DNA of 64,000 nucleotides from Camelus dromedarius (taxonomy: Eukaryota): NCBI RefSeq assembly GCF_036321535.1, contig NC_087437.1:102178001-102242000 (forward strand). Direction: 5' to 3'. The notes under the pieces are model-generated. The model saw only the letters and a program-made list of their open reading frames with translations. It did no database searches and was not told the origin of the DNA. A program made the position numbers and the translations under genes. How positions within the stretch are numbered: position 1 is the first letter of the stretch; every line of letters begins with the position of its first letter. Below are positions 13,756-25,959 of the stretch, in pieces.

Positions 13756-14096
13756 AATTCTCAATTCTCATCACGGAAACCTGCAAGCAACCAAGCAGCT
13801 TCCGTCAGCGTCTGTCGATCCTCCTCTGTGTGCGCCGAACGGTCCTTAACTTTCGTTAGCCAGAAGACAGCAAGCTTTTTGTCGTGTAGCTTCAAATATG
13901 TCTTTTCTAAAAGAAGCACAGTTTTGCTGCAGAAGTTTGGGTTCACTTGCTCTGCCCTGTGAAAGTAGCCCAGAGCCTCCTCATAGGTGGAACTAGGAGC
14001 CGAAAACAGCTCTTTAGCAATTCTTTGATACCAGAGCATTTCAACAAATGTGTAACACCAAACACCCATGAGGTGAACTGATGTGTCATCTTCAGA
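13750..14096 (-). pseudogene. RMDN1: Processed (intronless) 5'-truncated RMDN1 fragment: C-terminal ~110 codons, stop and ~11 nt of 3'UTR
   Basis: ORF 13761-14069(-) MGVWCYTFVEMLWYQRIAKELFSAPSSTYEEALGYFHRAEQVNPNFCSK...AHTEEDRQTLTEAAWLLAGFRDEN matches the recalled RMDN1/FAM82B C-terminus (MGIWCYTFAEMPWYQRRIAK..SSTYEKALGYFHRAEQVDPNFYSK..AHTEEDKQIQTEAAQLL..). In-frame upstream SEDDTSVHL corresponds to PKDATSIHL. No introns. Confidence 0.92.
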
Positions 14097-14149
14097 ATAA
14101 CAATGGAATAAAATAACACATCTTGAGGAGTTATCCTTTGCCAGGGATC

Positions 14150-14300
14150 TCTACTGTTTGAGCTTTACGTCATCAGAGATAGCATTTTTTCTCCTCTTTC
14201 AGAGAAGATAAAACTGAGACTCAAATAGTGGAAGTAATTTACCCAGGGTGACATACGTAATTAATGCTAGAGGTAAGAATGCTAAACAAACATCTTTTGG
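14150..14300. mobile_element. MIR fragment
   Basis: MIR core-like 'gataaaactgagactcaaatagtggaagtaatttacccagggtgacatac'. Similar relics at about 23150-23320, 25700-25920, 36690-36850, 45680-45850 and 46990-47200. Confidence 0.65.
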
Positions 14301-16055
14301 TTACTCTTATTTCACAAATGCTTCCAAGGGCCCAGTGCAAAAGCACAAAGAAACATCTCCAATGTTCTTAAGAAGGATAAAGCCAACCAAAGAATGTTAG
14401 CACAAGTTAAACACCTTCATTGTTCAAGTGAGGAAACTAAGATCAGAGGTATAAGAGACTTTTCTTCTCAGAATCCCACTAATAGCACAGGCGATTGAAA
14501 ATTTAAGTGCAGGCCCAGGCCCACTTTTGTCCTAACGAAGGTACACAGGAAGGTTTCCAGTTCACAACATACCCATTCTTTACTTCTCACATCTGGCTCC
14601 ATCCTCATCTATGGTCTCCTGATTGTGTATTTGGAAAATAAAATCCATATAACTAGTCACCCTCCAGAGCCTCCGAAATGCCTACATCTTCCTGCTCCAA
14701 CCTCATTGGCCATCCCTTACGCCCAGGTGTGCGAACACCGAAGAGGCTCTCAGAGAGAGAAGAAAGAAGGTAAGGGGAAGGCTTGGCACATTGAGCAGGG
14801 GATTCCAAGGTCCCAAATCATGGTTTGGAAGAGGGGGCCAGGCTCTGTGTGAGTGAATCTCCTTAGACCAATGGCTGCTTAGACAGGTGGTTCATGGCTG
14901 AGATCTCTAAAACCTTGGTCCAAGAACTGAGGACCTTGTTTGGATCACAAGGCAGTACTACCTAAGTCCTGTTCTAGGTACTACTTCACATCCAGTGGAC
15001 TTCCAGATCCTTTCCAACCTTATTACCCAAAACTGTTTACTATGTGTTTTAAATTTGCCTTCTTTCTCCATTGGAAACTAGGAAATACAAATTTATATTG
15101 TAGACTCACTGCTCCTTATATATATATTTTTAAAGTAAGCATTTCATCTTTTATTGAATGTCTGTCTCATTCCAGTATTTTTCTTTATGATGATAAAATA
15201 TTGCATTGATCACTGAATATGTAATGTGTTTTTAATTAAAGGACACAATCAGTATTTTTGACTGTATGAAAATTAAATATTTGGCATAAATATACATGAA
15301 AAGTTAAAAGACAAAAAATCAGTTGTAAAAAATAGGTACAATAAATAATGAGCTCATATAGTTTAGATACAGAAGGCTTGTAAATGAATAATAAAACATC
15401 AAACAAAATTGAGCCCTGAGATAAAAAATTAATAATAAAAATACAGAATAATATATACAAATGTCTGAAAATGTTATGATAATATATTTGGGCTTACTAA
15501 TCATAAAAAATGAAAAAGATAGATGGAGGGAAGGATATCTTTATATCTTTCAAACTTACGAATTTCTAATATATGATGATGCACAATGCTAGTTGAAATT
15601 GGCCTTGATAAAGTTGCTAGAAATGGAAACTAATATTACTGGAAATCAACTGGCAAACAGGAGTTAGTTTAAGACATTCATTTTTTAAAAAACACAATGT
15701 AAAATAAAGAAAATTCTCTAAAGATTCCACATCAGAAAGGATAATAAGTAGAATGTGGTGGAATCTACAAAAAACTGGCACATCTCCAAAAGAATGTAAG
15801 TTTTGAACAACTTTATTTGTTCAGAGAACACTCTTTTTTCAACTTGAGAGGAGGTTGATCTTTTGTCAGACATTTTGGGGAATCTTTAAACACTGAAATT
15901 TTAAACTTAAATTTTAACATTCAGAAAAAGGAAGTGAGGTGCAATGTTTCCTGTACCCCCTTCTCCAAACTAAGACATAGGGTCCAGTGCAGATGCCATT
16001 CACCCATCCAAGGAATAGGTCTCAGTTAAAGAAGTGTTCTTCAAAAACGAACTCT

Positions 16056-16057
16056 GC

Positions 16058-16097
<40 letters not shown>

Positions 16098-16100
16098 ATG
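16056..16100. repeat. (TG)n microsatellite
   Basis: Seen directly. Confidence 0.95.
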
Positions 16101-19100
16101 CGAACTATTATCCTACTGGGGTCATTGCTCACAGCACTCTCTGACACACGCCTCTTACGAATCCTCTTATGCCTCTGGTGTTCTGACATTCACAACTATT
16201 CTCTGGAATGAAGTCTTTTCACTCTTGCAGTCAATTCCGGAAAGAAGTGTTTTCAAACACAGTCCCTGGGAGGCTCCATTTTATAGGTACAGTTAGCATC
16301 TTTTCCCTGACCTACATGTGACTGAAGCTTGCTTCAGGGCACCTCTCCTTCTCTGTTCTGCCCCTTTAAGCCCAAACCCCAAGTGTCGCATCTTTGAAGA
16401 GCTTCTGTCTTACTTGCCCTCAGGAGATGCTAGGCAGTGGCAACACACAGCACATAAACAAACTTTTCTTCAAATAAGTCTTTACTCCATCTCTCTGAAG
16501 TTAGTGGTGGATTATTACTGGCTGATTCAGTTTTAAAATCTCCTAGCATGTCCTGCATATGTGCTTCAGAACCTCCTTAGCGTATGGGGACATTTGATTC
16601 TATATAGTATTATTTTTAGCATCTTGGGACCTGGCAGAACCAAGACACTTCCAAGTGAGTGATTAATTATTGCTTCCTGTCCAGTTTGAAATCTTTAGGT
16701 GTGTCACCCCTATGTGGTCTCTCATGTCTTTAGTATGTAGAGATTCTTTGAAATTTATTATTCTTCCCCTTTGAGGTATCTGCTGAAACCAAGACACCAA
16801 AAAAATTTGCAATGGATTGCTGAATGAGCCAGATTTTAAATCTCTTGGGATGTTCTAAAATTTTAAAATCTTAGATATCTTAGAATATCCTTCATGTGTT
16901 TTAAATCACCATTTTAAGATACTGGGATACTTATCATGATGTTCTATTTGTTTTAGACCTATGGGACCTCAACTAAAATCAAGACAAAATCAGTACCATT
17001 TTAACATCATTTTATATACTATATATTGTAATTATAGATACTGATATCAAATTAGGCATCTATAGAGGTATATATGTAAACATAATAGCACAGGGGAATG
17101 CATATTCAGGGAGAGGTACTATTATCCAGACCAAGTAGATTGTAGACCTTTATCTTCTGTGCCAGCCATCACCAGTAGACTGAACCACACTTTATCCAGA
17201 AGTACTATATCCATCCAAGTCAAGAACATGATTGAGACAAAATCTGTTGGTTCCATGCCTGTCATCTTTGTTTCCATCTGTCAATACACAAGAAAACATC
17301 CCTTAATCCCAAGAGTTCTCTAACAAATTATTTTTCTCCACAGTGAATTCTACTTTATTGCCACTGTCTCAGTCTCCAGGCTTCCCCCTCCTCTAAGTCC
17401 TCCAACACAGAGCAGCGTAACTGCAGAATTCTCTGTGTTTTTTACATTATTCGCTTTCACTAATAACTGCATTAACCAAACTCAGATTCTCTTTCTGTGG
17501 GAAACAGGTCCTACCCTTTATCCCCAACTGTCTTGAACAATCACTTTTTCTGTTCTTCCATCTGATCTCAAGATCCAGAGGTGGAGGCTGGTATTCTTTC
17601 CTTTAAGACCAATTTTTCTCTCTTCAAATATTGTTTCTCTTTATCATATCCATTTTTCCTTGAACACTTTGGCACATGGTTCACAATCATTTTTTCCACC
17701 CCTAGAGAGCATTGCCATCACCCTGAGGAGATGTAAATATCCACAGAGACACTCTGAAACCCAACCAAATTCTTGGTTTTATGATTTTTTTTAATGTCTC
17801 ATAACCTTTTAGATTTTTTTCAGCAATCCACTTCCACAATTTCAATTTTGACCCTGTGGTTACCCTTAATACAGTTTTTCCAACTCTATATATCACTAAT
17901 TCACTGATTTCCAGCTGTGAACACAGCCTCATTTATTATCCATTTGCTTGGTCAAAAACTCTTGGTCAGGAACTTAGACCTCTATAAATTTCTCCCCATA
18001 TAACTTTTTTTTTTTAACTTTATCATTATCTGCTTTGAATTCCATGGTCTGTGATTTCAAGGACATTCTTACAAATATTCTAAACTCTCTTGTTCCTCTG
18101 TTATTCTTATTGTGCCCATAAAGTAAAACAGCCACCTTCGGTGACCTAGACTATCATAATGCAGCATGCCCTTACCCCAGCAGTGGAGCAGTGCTAGATA
18201 ATTTCATACATGAGGTCATATTAACCTCCTAAAATGTGTTATCATCACTCACAAGCCAGTCATTGGGACTGTCCATCTATCTCATTCTCCACAAAATGTT
18301 TTAATCTTTTTTTGTCTCTTCAAATTTTGATACCCACACATCTCCTTCACACTAACAGATGTCTTTGCCATCTACTTGTTAAAGTAAATAGAAATCATAA
18401 GGTTACGTTACAAACATGTTAATATTACACAGGATATAAACATCCTCACATCTGAACTCTCATATTTCCTAAGTTCAATTCCTTTATCTGTGTGTTGGAT
18501 TCGGCATTTTTCTGCTCTCTTTAGTAAAATTCTATTACTGATTTACCCTCATTTATCTTGTGTTTTCAATCTTTAATTCTCAACTAAAAACTCACAATTT
18601 TTTAAATTAATATTCTTTATGTGTTAATCAAAACGGTAAATGTATTAGACAGCAGTATTCCTTTCCCTATCTGCCTATGGCATGGAGAAAACTCAGAGAT
18701 GCAAATCTATATGTTTGGGAAGCGTTTGGTCTTTGAAATAGCCACTCATTTTCTGTCAACTGGATGGTGATGTGAACAAGAAATAGACTTTTTGTTGTTT
18801 TTATCATTGATTGTTATTCATCTTGTAGTTTTATAATGGCTAGCATTGTTTTCACTAATACAGAATCTATTACGTTGGAGTAGTATGACTGTTACGTGTC
18901 CAAAATATGTCACAGAGTCAACAAATAGTAAATATATTTAACATATGTTTGCATATGTAATATGTTTACAGTGATTCAGAAAAAATAATCAATTATTACA
19001 ATGTAAGCATGTTTTCTTCCTTTAAAGATATCTGATTATGAAATATAAATGCTTCCAAATATGAAAAATAAAGGAGAATTTAGTTGACAACTTCTAATTC

Positions 19101-19872
19101 ATTTTATAAAATGTGATTTTCTTGATTAACTTTAATCTAATGCTCATCCATCATTCCTTTTCATATCTGTTAACACACTTACTGCTTGAGGTAACAAAAA
19201 ATTATTAGAAAATAGAAAGTTCTTATTAAGTGTAATATAGCCTGGTTTAGAAATATTTCAACCATTATGGTAAGTGATTTTTAATAGCAGCACAAGATTA
19301 GCCTTTATAACTTAGTTTCCATGGACTGACTTACATCATATTATACATTTTTTCTTTTCTACCTTTATTGAGGAATAATTGACAATAAAATTATATATGT
19401 TTACAGTATGCAATGTGAAGATTTAATATACATATACAAAGTGAAATGATTACTGCAATCAAATTAATTAATACATCTGTTACCTCATATACTTAACTCT
19501 TCTGTGTGTGGTGAGAACATTTAAATCTGTCCTTAAAATTTCAGGTATACAATACCGTATTATTAACTATAGTCACCATGCTCTGCATTAGCTTCTCAGA
19601 ATCTATTCAATTTATAACTGAAAGTCTATAAGCTTTGAACTATACCTCCCCTCCCCCATCCCCCAACCTCTGGCAGCCACAATTTTACTTTCTTTCTGTG
19701 AGGTTGGCTTTTCTTTTTTTCTTGTAGTTTCTACAAAATTTAAGTGACACTATATCATATTTGTCTTTCTCTGTCTGGTTTATTTCAAGTAGCAGGATGC
19801 CCTCCAGTTTCAGCCATGTTATCACAAATGGCAGAATTTCCTTCTTTTTTATGCCTGAATAATATTCCATTT

Positions 19873-19873
<1 letters not shown>

Positions 19874-19911
<38 letters not shown>

Positions 19912-19927
19912 TGTGTGTGTATATGTG

Positions 19928-19986
<59 letters not shown>
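19874..19986. repeat. (CA)n-(TG)-(TA)n microsatellite
   Basis: Seen directly. A (TATATC)n tract follows at about 20361-20420. Confidence 0.95.
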
Positions 19987-19989
<3 letters not shown>

Positions 19990-20724
19990 ACAAACTGAAT
20001 TCCTCCTAATATTTAAAATGGTTTCAAGCATCAAAGAACTTAGATCCCCTTGGTTTTATCTTTGCAGTTACTGTACATAAAATTTCAGGCATGTATGAAG
20101 TTTGTCATAATTGAGCCTTTCCTTAATGAATAGGGATATAAACATTCATAGGAATTACACATGAAATTTTTTTTTGTGATTTTGTGATTGCTATGTTGAA
20201 AGAGAGCAAAATATAACTTTCAAACATTCTTACCTAAATATTGTACAATGCAATATGTTCAACTTTCTTAATTTTTGCTAATTTTCTAAGATATGTTAAA
20301 ATTTTTTTTAGCAAAATGGATTCAGTAAGAAAATTAAAATATCAGAACAATAACAACAAAGATATATATATCACAAAGATATATCTATATCTATATCTTT
20401 ATCTATATCTATGTCTATATCTCACATTTTCTTTACCGGTTCATTCATCAGTGGACACTTAGGCTGTTTCCTTATCTTGTCTATTGTGAATAATACTGCA
20501 GTGAACATAGGGGTGCAGATTTCTCTTTGAGATACTGATTTCACCTCCTTTAGATATATGCCCAGAATTGGAATTACTGGATCATATAGTAGGTCTATTG
20601 TTAAGTTTTTGAGAGAATTCCATAAAGTTTTCCATAATGACTGTACCAATTTACATTCACAGTAAGTCCATAAGGGTTCCCTTTTTTCCACAACCCCACC
20701 AAAAATTGTTACTTGTGTTTTTGA

Positions 20725-21445
20725 CTCGGGACGCAGGGACAGGACGCAGAATAGTAGCAGCATAGCCATGGTGATGGTGGGTCAAAGCCCTGACTCAGGA
20801 CTCGAGGACGAGGTACGAAGGCCCCGGGTGAAGGCAGATCAAAGTTTGGATTTAGGACCCAGGAAAGCTAAATTCAATGTCCTGGCAGCAGGGCTCCAGG
20901 GATGACAAATCCAAGCAGCGCCTTAGGACTCAGTGGGTAGGGCACAGTGCAGTGGCAGTTCCGGACCGCTAGATGGCGAGCCGCTGTGGCACCGCTGCGT
21001 GGAGAGCGCCGCACATGCGCCACTTGAGCACGTAGGGACAAGCCTCCCCTACGCCCCAGCTCCAGCCCTGAGGAGACTCAGCCACGGGGGGCTCCAGGCA
21101 GCTCCCTCAGCAGCAGCTGGCCTCGGTGACAGCTGCGGGGCCCTCAGTAGCAACGGCTGCGGACGTCCCCGGTGGTGATGAGGGTCGCTGACGTTCTCCT
21201 GTTCTGTCCTAGCGGAGTGAAAGCCCTCTGAGGGGCTCCGTCGTGGCTCGGCGTCGCTCCGGACTGGAGGCTGAGGTGGCGCAGCTCGGGTAAGACGCTG
21301 CCTTCCTGCGCTCCTCTGTGCGCCAGCCATTGGTTTCTGTGCTCCACGGAGTTCTGCTGCATCTTTGTTGTAGTGCGGAGCTTTCCCAGAGCTATTTCCT
21401 TCTGTTTGTGGTCGTTTCTTCATTGTTTTCATTGTTTTTGTCGGA
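20725..21445. promoter_or_regulatory. CpG island-like segment
   Basis: About 44 CpG dinucleotides by hand count in ~720 bp of GC-rich sequence. The rest of the window is strongly CpG-depleted. Confidence 0.75.
20948..20980 (+). promoter_or_regulatory. Predicted CTCF site (core plus upstream module)
   Basis: Core CCGCTAGATGGCGA at 20966-20979 fits the CTCF core (CC.C.AG.[G/T]GGC[A/G]). TGCAGTG begins 18 nt upstream of the core CC. Motif match only. Confidence 0.6.
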
Positions 21446-22570
21446 AAGAGGGTTGGGATCAACTAGCCTGCCTGCTTGCTGATGTCACCTCCTGAATTAC
21501 ACATTTTGGGAACATAAAATGTTATTTACATGTCCTTGTTATGAAGAAGACAATAAAATATATATGGTATGCATTTTAAATTTTTAATAATAGGCTAATT
21601 GTAAATCAGTGGGAAAATTTGCATTCCTAAATAATCTCTTAAAAACAGAGACTATTAGAGGAGGTATCATTAGATTATTCAACCCATTCCAAATTGTTTT
21701 TCTCTTAAGAGTTCATATCGAATATTAGCTAAACCACAGGCTAATAGGTAATGGACAACAAGAGCAACACCTAAATCTTAGTGTGACTGAAATGGCATCA
21801 CCTGTGTGCAGTTTGTTCCTCATTTGCCTGTACTCACGGATATACCTCCCTCTTACTTTCTGTGTGCTCTGGGATTATATGGTCTCATTCTCTCACTTCC
21901 TCCTGGTTGGGATCTACAAATAGGAGACTCAGGAAAAATCCCAATTGTCTTCCTTTTTCTATGGTTTCCAGTGGGGTAGTGTCCCACTTTACCCCAAGCA
22001 TATCATCCATCGGTCCCCTCCAAGTCCTGGTGTACTTTTGGATCTAGGTTTGATAATGACTTCCTGCCTTAGATAGTTTCAAGGTCCCTTAACATCCTTT
22101 AATTTCCACGTGTGTATGTAAGTAGTCCCTTGTTGAAACTTCTTATAGGAACTCTATTTGTTAAAAATAGCAATAGTATTAACAATCTATACCTTGTTGA
22201 TCAAAGGCCATATCTGGCTCTTTAAAGTTTTTCTCTCTGGTAGTGTTATTCTAGTAGTAAGAATAACTGAGGTAGTCAAGTTGAATAAATAAAAAGTCCA
22301 TACATCATTTAGTTTTTGAAGAATAAAGAGAATTTTTTTATATTTTATGAAATTACTTGAATAGACTTTCCATCTAAAATAAACTTTTTCATTTAATAAT
22401 ATTCAAATATGGAGAATGTGAACATCTAAACTTAAATGATATGTATCATTTTTTAGAGTTGCTTACTCAATCTTTGAACAGAATTTTCATTCTTAAATTA
22501 TGGGGAATTGATACTCAAAAGGAGTATATTTGGTATAACAATAATGCCTTATATTGATAAATTATGTGTA

Positions 22571-22744
22571 TTTTTAATCTTTGCTTTTTAAAAAATTTTA
22601 TTTAATTAAAAATTTTTATTTGTTTAGAGGGGAGGTGATTAGGTTACTTACTTAATTAATTTTTTAAATGGAGGTACTGGGGAATGAACCCAGGACCTCA
22701 TGCATCCTAAGCCCACACTCTACCAGTGAGATATACCCTCCCCT
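22571..22744 (-). mobile_element. Vic-1-type SINE (camelid)
   Basis: Same structure as 1851-2020 ('gggaggtgattagg..gaggtactggggaatgaacccaggacctcatgcatcctaagcccacactctaccagtgagatataccctcccc'). Degenerate TSD gataaatt at 22556 and 22746. Confidence 0.88.
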
Positions 22745-24997
22745 CGATAAATTTTGAATACTACAAAGTTAGGGAGAATATCTGTATTATTTCTCTTTAT
22801 GTTTCAGTGCACAATAGGTGCTTATTGATGTTCTAAATATGTGTTGATTAAATTGGTAAATATGTGAAAAATTGGAATTATATAGCATTTTACAATAAAA
22901 GGTTTCCACCTGCATAATAAGCTGTTTGGCTTTTTACAACTCCATAGGTAAAGTTTTATAATCAGAGTCTCAAGTGAATAAAGAGAGATGGAGATTTTTT
23001 AAACTTTTCCAAAATCACATGGTAAACTACGTGTTAGAGTCATGAATTATTCTTTAAACTTTTCCAGTGCTAAGATAAGCTATACAAGTGTCCCCTTAAT
23101 GTATTTTTCCAATATCTTTCAGAATATATGAATATACATTCAGATAGGCCACTATTTATTGAATGCTTGTTGTATGTAATGTGCTCATTTATTTACTTAT
23201 ATGATTGGTCTTAATGCTTAAGAAAACTTTAAAACAGAATATACTATTATTTTATGATTGTCATCGTATTCATTACTACTATTTTACATACAAGGAAACT
23301 GAGGCAGAGAAGGCTGAACTCCACTATTATACTCTGTGAAAGCACCTAGATGTTAAACATACTAGTCCATTTTAAGAAAATATTTGTTTGCTATTAGCAA
23401 TAATGAAAAATAAAATTTTTGCTAAAAAACAAAACGTTAGAGAGCAATGAGATAATATCCAATCCATTTATCTCCAAAACAATAAATAATCATTGTGACT
23501 GACTTTTCAAGTGCATTAATATTGTTATACTATTAGGAAAAACCAACAGTTATAATGTATGAAATTATTTTTTCATGTAGACATAAAACGTCAGTGCCTG
23601 TTTCTTAAGACTTGGCTCAGATGATGACACACAACAGAGAGCAACTTAGCATCTGTTTAAATACTAGTGTTCAGAATTGGGAAAACCTGTTTGCACATTA
23701 TGGAGATAGTACATTATAGTTTCATTTATTGAATATACATTTTTAGGTTTTTTCTATTGAAATAATTCCATCTTTATGTATTTTTTGAAGCCATTTCATC
23801 AGACTTGATTTTCTCTACTAGTGCTCCTGGAATTGATCTTGTATGAAGCATCATTTTCACTCTTGGAAAACTCTTATAGAGATTTTTTTCCTTCAAAATT
23901 AGTTTTGTGAATTTGCCGATTTTATAAAAAAGCCATAAAAACAAAACTAGATTCAGTATATAAGCATAGCATTATCCATCTAGCTCTAACCACATAAATA
24001 ACAAGTATCTAGCTAAATGTGATGTTCAGGAAGGCACATTGACTGAACATCGATATCTGAAAATGCCCTAAAACATAATAACCAGCTTTTAGCACTGAGG
24101 CAGAACCCATTATTGTAAAGGTTTGGTTATGTCTTCCATTTTGGTAACAATATTTATATGTTGTTTCCTGCTTGAATTCTTTCTTTATTTCTTAGTATTT
24201 GGAACCATCTCTTTCTCACTTGCTATTGTCCAAAAGAGAGAAACTTATTTGATTTGATTTATATGAGATAAAGATGAAGTACATTCATAGTAGTAAATGG
24301 AATCGTAAGAAAACGTTTTACTTATCATCATAGCTAAATGTGTGTCTGAAAATAGCAATCAAAAACTTGAAAAAATCCATAGGAGGAATAAGATTTTCTG
24401 AGTTAGGCATCTGATAAGATAATGGTTGAAAATCATTTGCATATCTTAGCAATCACTTGCAATAAAATTATGGCTCTGTGGAACATAAGTTCCTGCTTTT
24501 ATTCATAGCTTAGCTCTTATTCAGAGAGTCTTAAAATACTTGACTTATGTAAATGAAATAAAACCAAAAAATAAGAAATGTGTGTATGTGTGTGCATGCA
24601 TTTGTGTGTGTATATCTTGATCTTTGCAAAGTTCAAATCAAAATTCAAATTTGAAGTAGTAGTTACTTCCTTCTATATTTACTTTTGAATGTCCTCTTTT
24701 AATAAATGTTGTTAAAGAAATGACAAGAGAAATGAATTATCATAAAACAGGATTGCAGTATTGACTGAAAAAAAATATATTGCTCTTCTTATGCCAGATT
24801 TCAAGACTGAGAAATAACAACAAATAGCACCAAAAACAGACAGATAGAACTTTTACTTAAGAGCTGCTATCATCAAAAGGGGTGACTAGATAGTAAGATA
24901 CTGAAAATTTTATAACACAGCATGCCCTTTCTGTTTAGAAAGTGTAGTGGAATGTAATGAACTTGTATATATATAATTTTTAATATGCGTTATATAT

Positions 24998-25065
24998 AAA
25001 GTTGAATCATATGAAACTGCCAATATTTACCTACCTTTAACTTATATAAACAGTGATTCCAATTA
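24998..25065. mobile_element. Degenerate MADE-like mariner MITE
   Basis: 'gttgaatcatatgaaactgcc' resembles the terminal arm of the hairpin element at 47523-47603. Confidence 0.5.
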
Positions 25066-25959
25066 ATTTTATAAATATTAACTGTTCATACGTCACAGAA
25101 ATGCGAGGGTTTGCCTCACTGGAGGTAAAACTGTGGTATGTTTGCATAATTTAAAAAAGGCATCGATGATAATCATGTTACTTTACATGATTACACCCAT
25201 AATAATTTTTTGACCTCTCAGTTGCCGTGGGCCTATGCTTTGTCAAAACATAAATTCATTGATTATTAAAATTGCATAAATATGAAAGTATACATAATTT
25301 GAGTACATTATCTTGGAACTCCCTGATTGTAATAAACACTGAAGTATTTTTCCAAAAGATAGAGACACAATGTTAATTTCAACAAATTTATCTTCTTAAT
25401 AAGTTAAATATAGACGAACTTCACTGATGAATACTCCCTTGTGCATAATTTTTATGTACTATATATATGTAAATATGAAATTCTTAATTTTCTGGGCTAA
25501 TAACTTTGCTAATGTTAAGGAAAAGAATGCCAAAAGATACTCTTTCTTGAATTTGGAATCTCTACAATATTGCTGACTTGTCAGGAGTTTTACTTACAAA
25601 AAACAGAGGTTCATCTCTCTCTTTAAAGGGAGTATATGAATAGTGAGAAAGGGAAAGGGTTAAAGAAGGTCATCATTCTACATCATGACTTAAATCATTG
25701 ACATTTGATTCAGATAGACCTAGATTTATTTCCAGTTTCTTTGACTATTACTTAAAAGTAAGTTTTTTCTTAGGAAATTTTCTCATTTCAATTTTCAATT
25801 TCTTTATCTATAAAATGGTAAAAATCGATTGGGCTAATTCAAAACGTAAATGAACCAGTTCATAAAAAGCACTTACCAAAGGACTAATACATGGTAAGTC
25901 TCCAATAAACAGAAGGTCCCATTATTTGTTATTATCATGCCTTCAGGTATGCCTTCAGG

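Larger units (their letters stand above)
19352..21495 (-). mobile_element. Old L1 (L1MA9-like) with 5'UTR joined to 3' end (ORF1 and most of ORF2 deleted), TSD-bounded
   Basis: 3'UTR at 19352-19873. ORF2 C-terminus at 20420-20724 (ORF 20422-20769: LLYDPVIPILGIYLKE..CTPMFTAVLFTI..KQPKCP). GC-rich 5'UTR-like block 20725-21492 ends 'cttgctgatgtcacctcc'. TSD attatacatttt (19340-19351) vs attacacatttt (21496-21507). Confidence 0.8.

Noticed and set aside
20933..21462. ORFs of 72-137 aa in the GC-rich block
   Set aside because: Low-complexity Ala/Pro/Arg/Gly translations with no recognisable family. They are expected by chance in GC-rich L1 5'UTR DNA.
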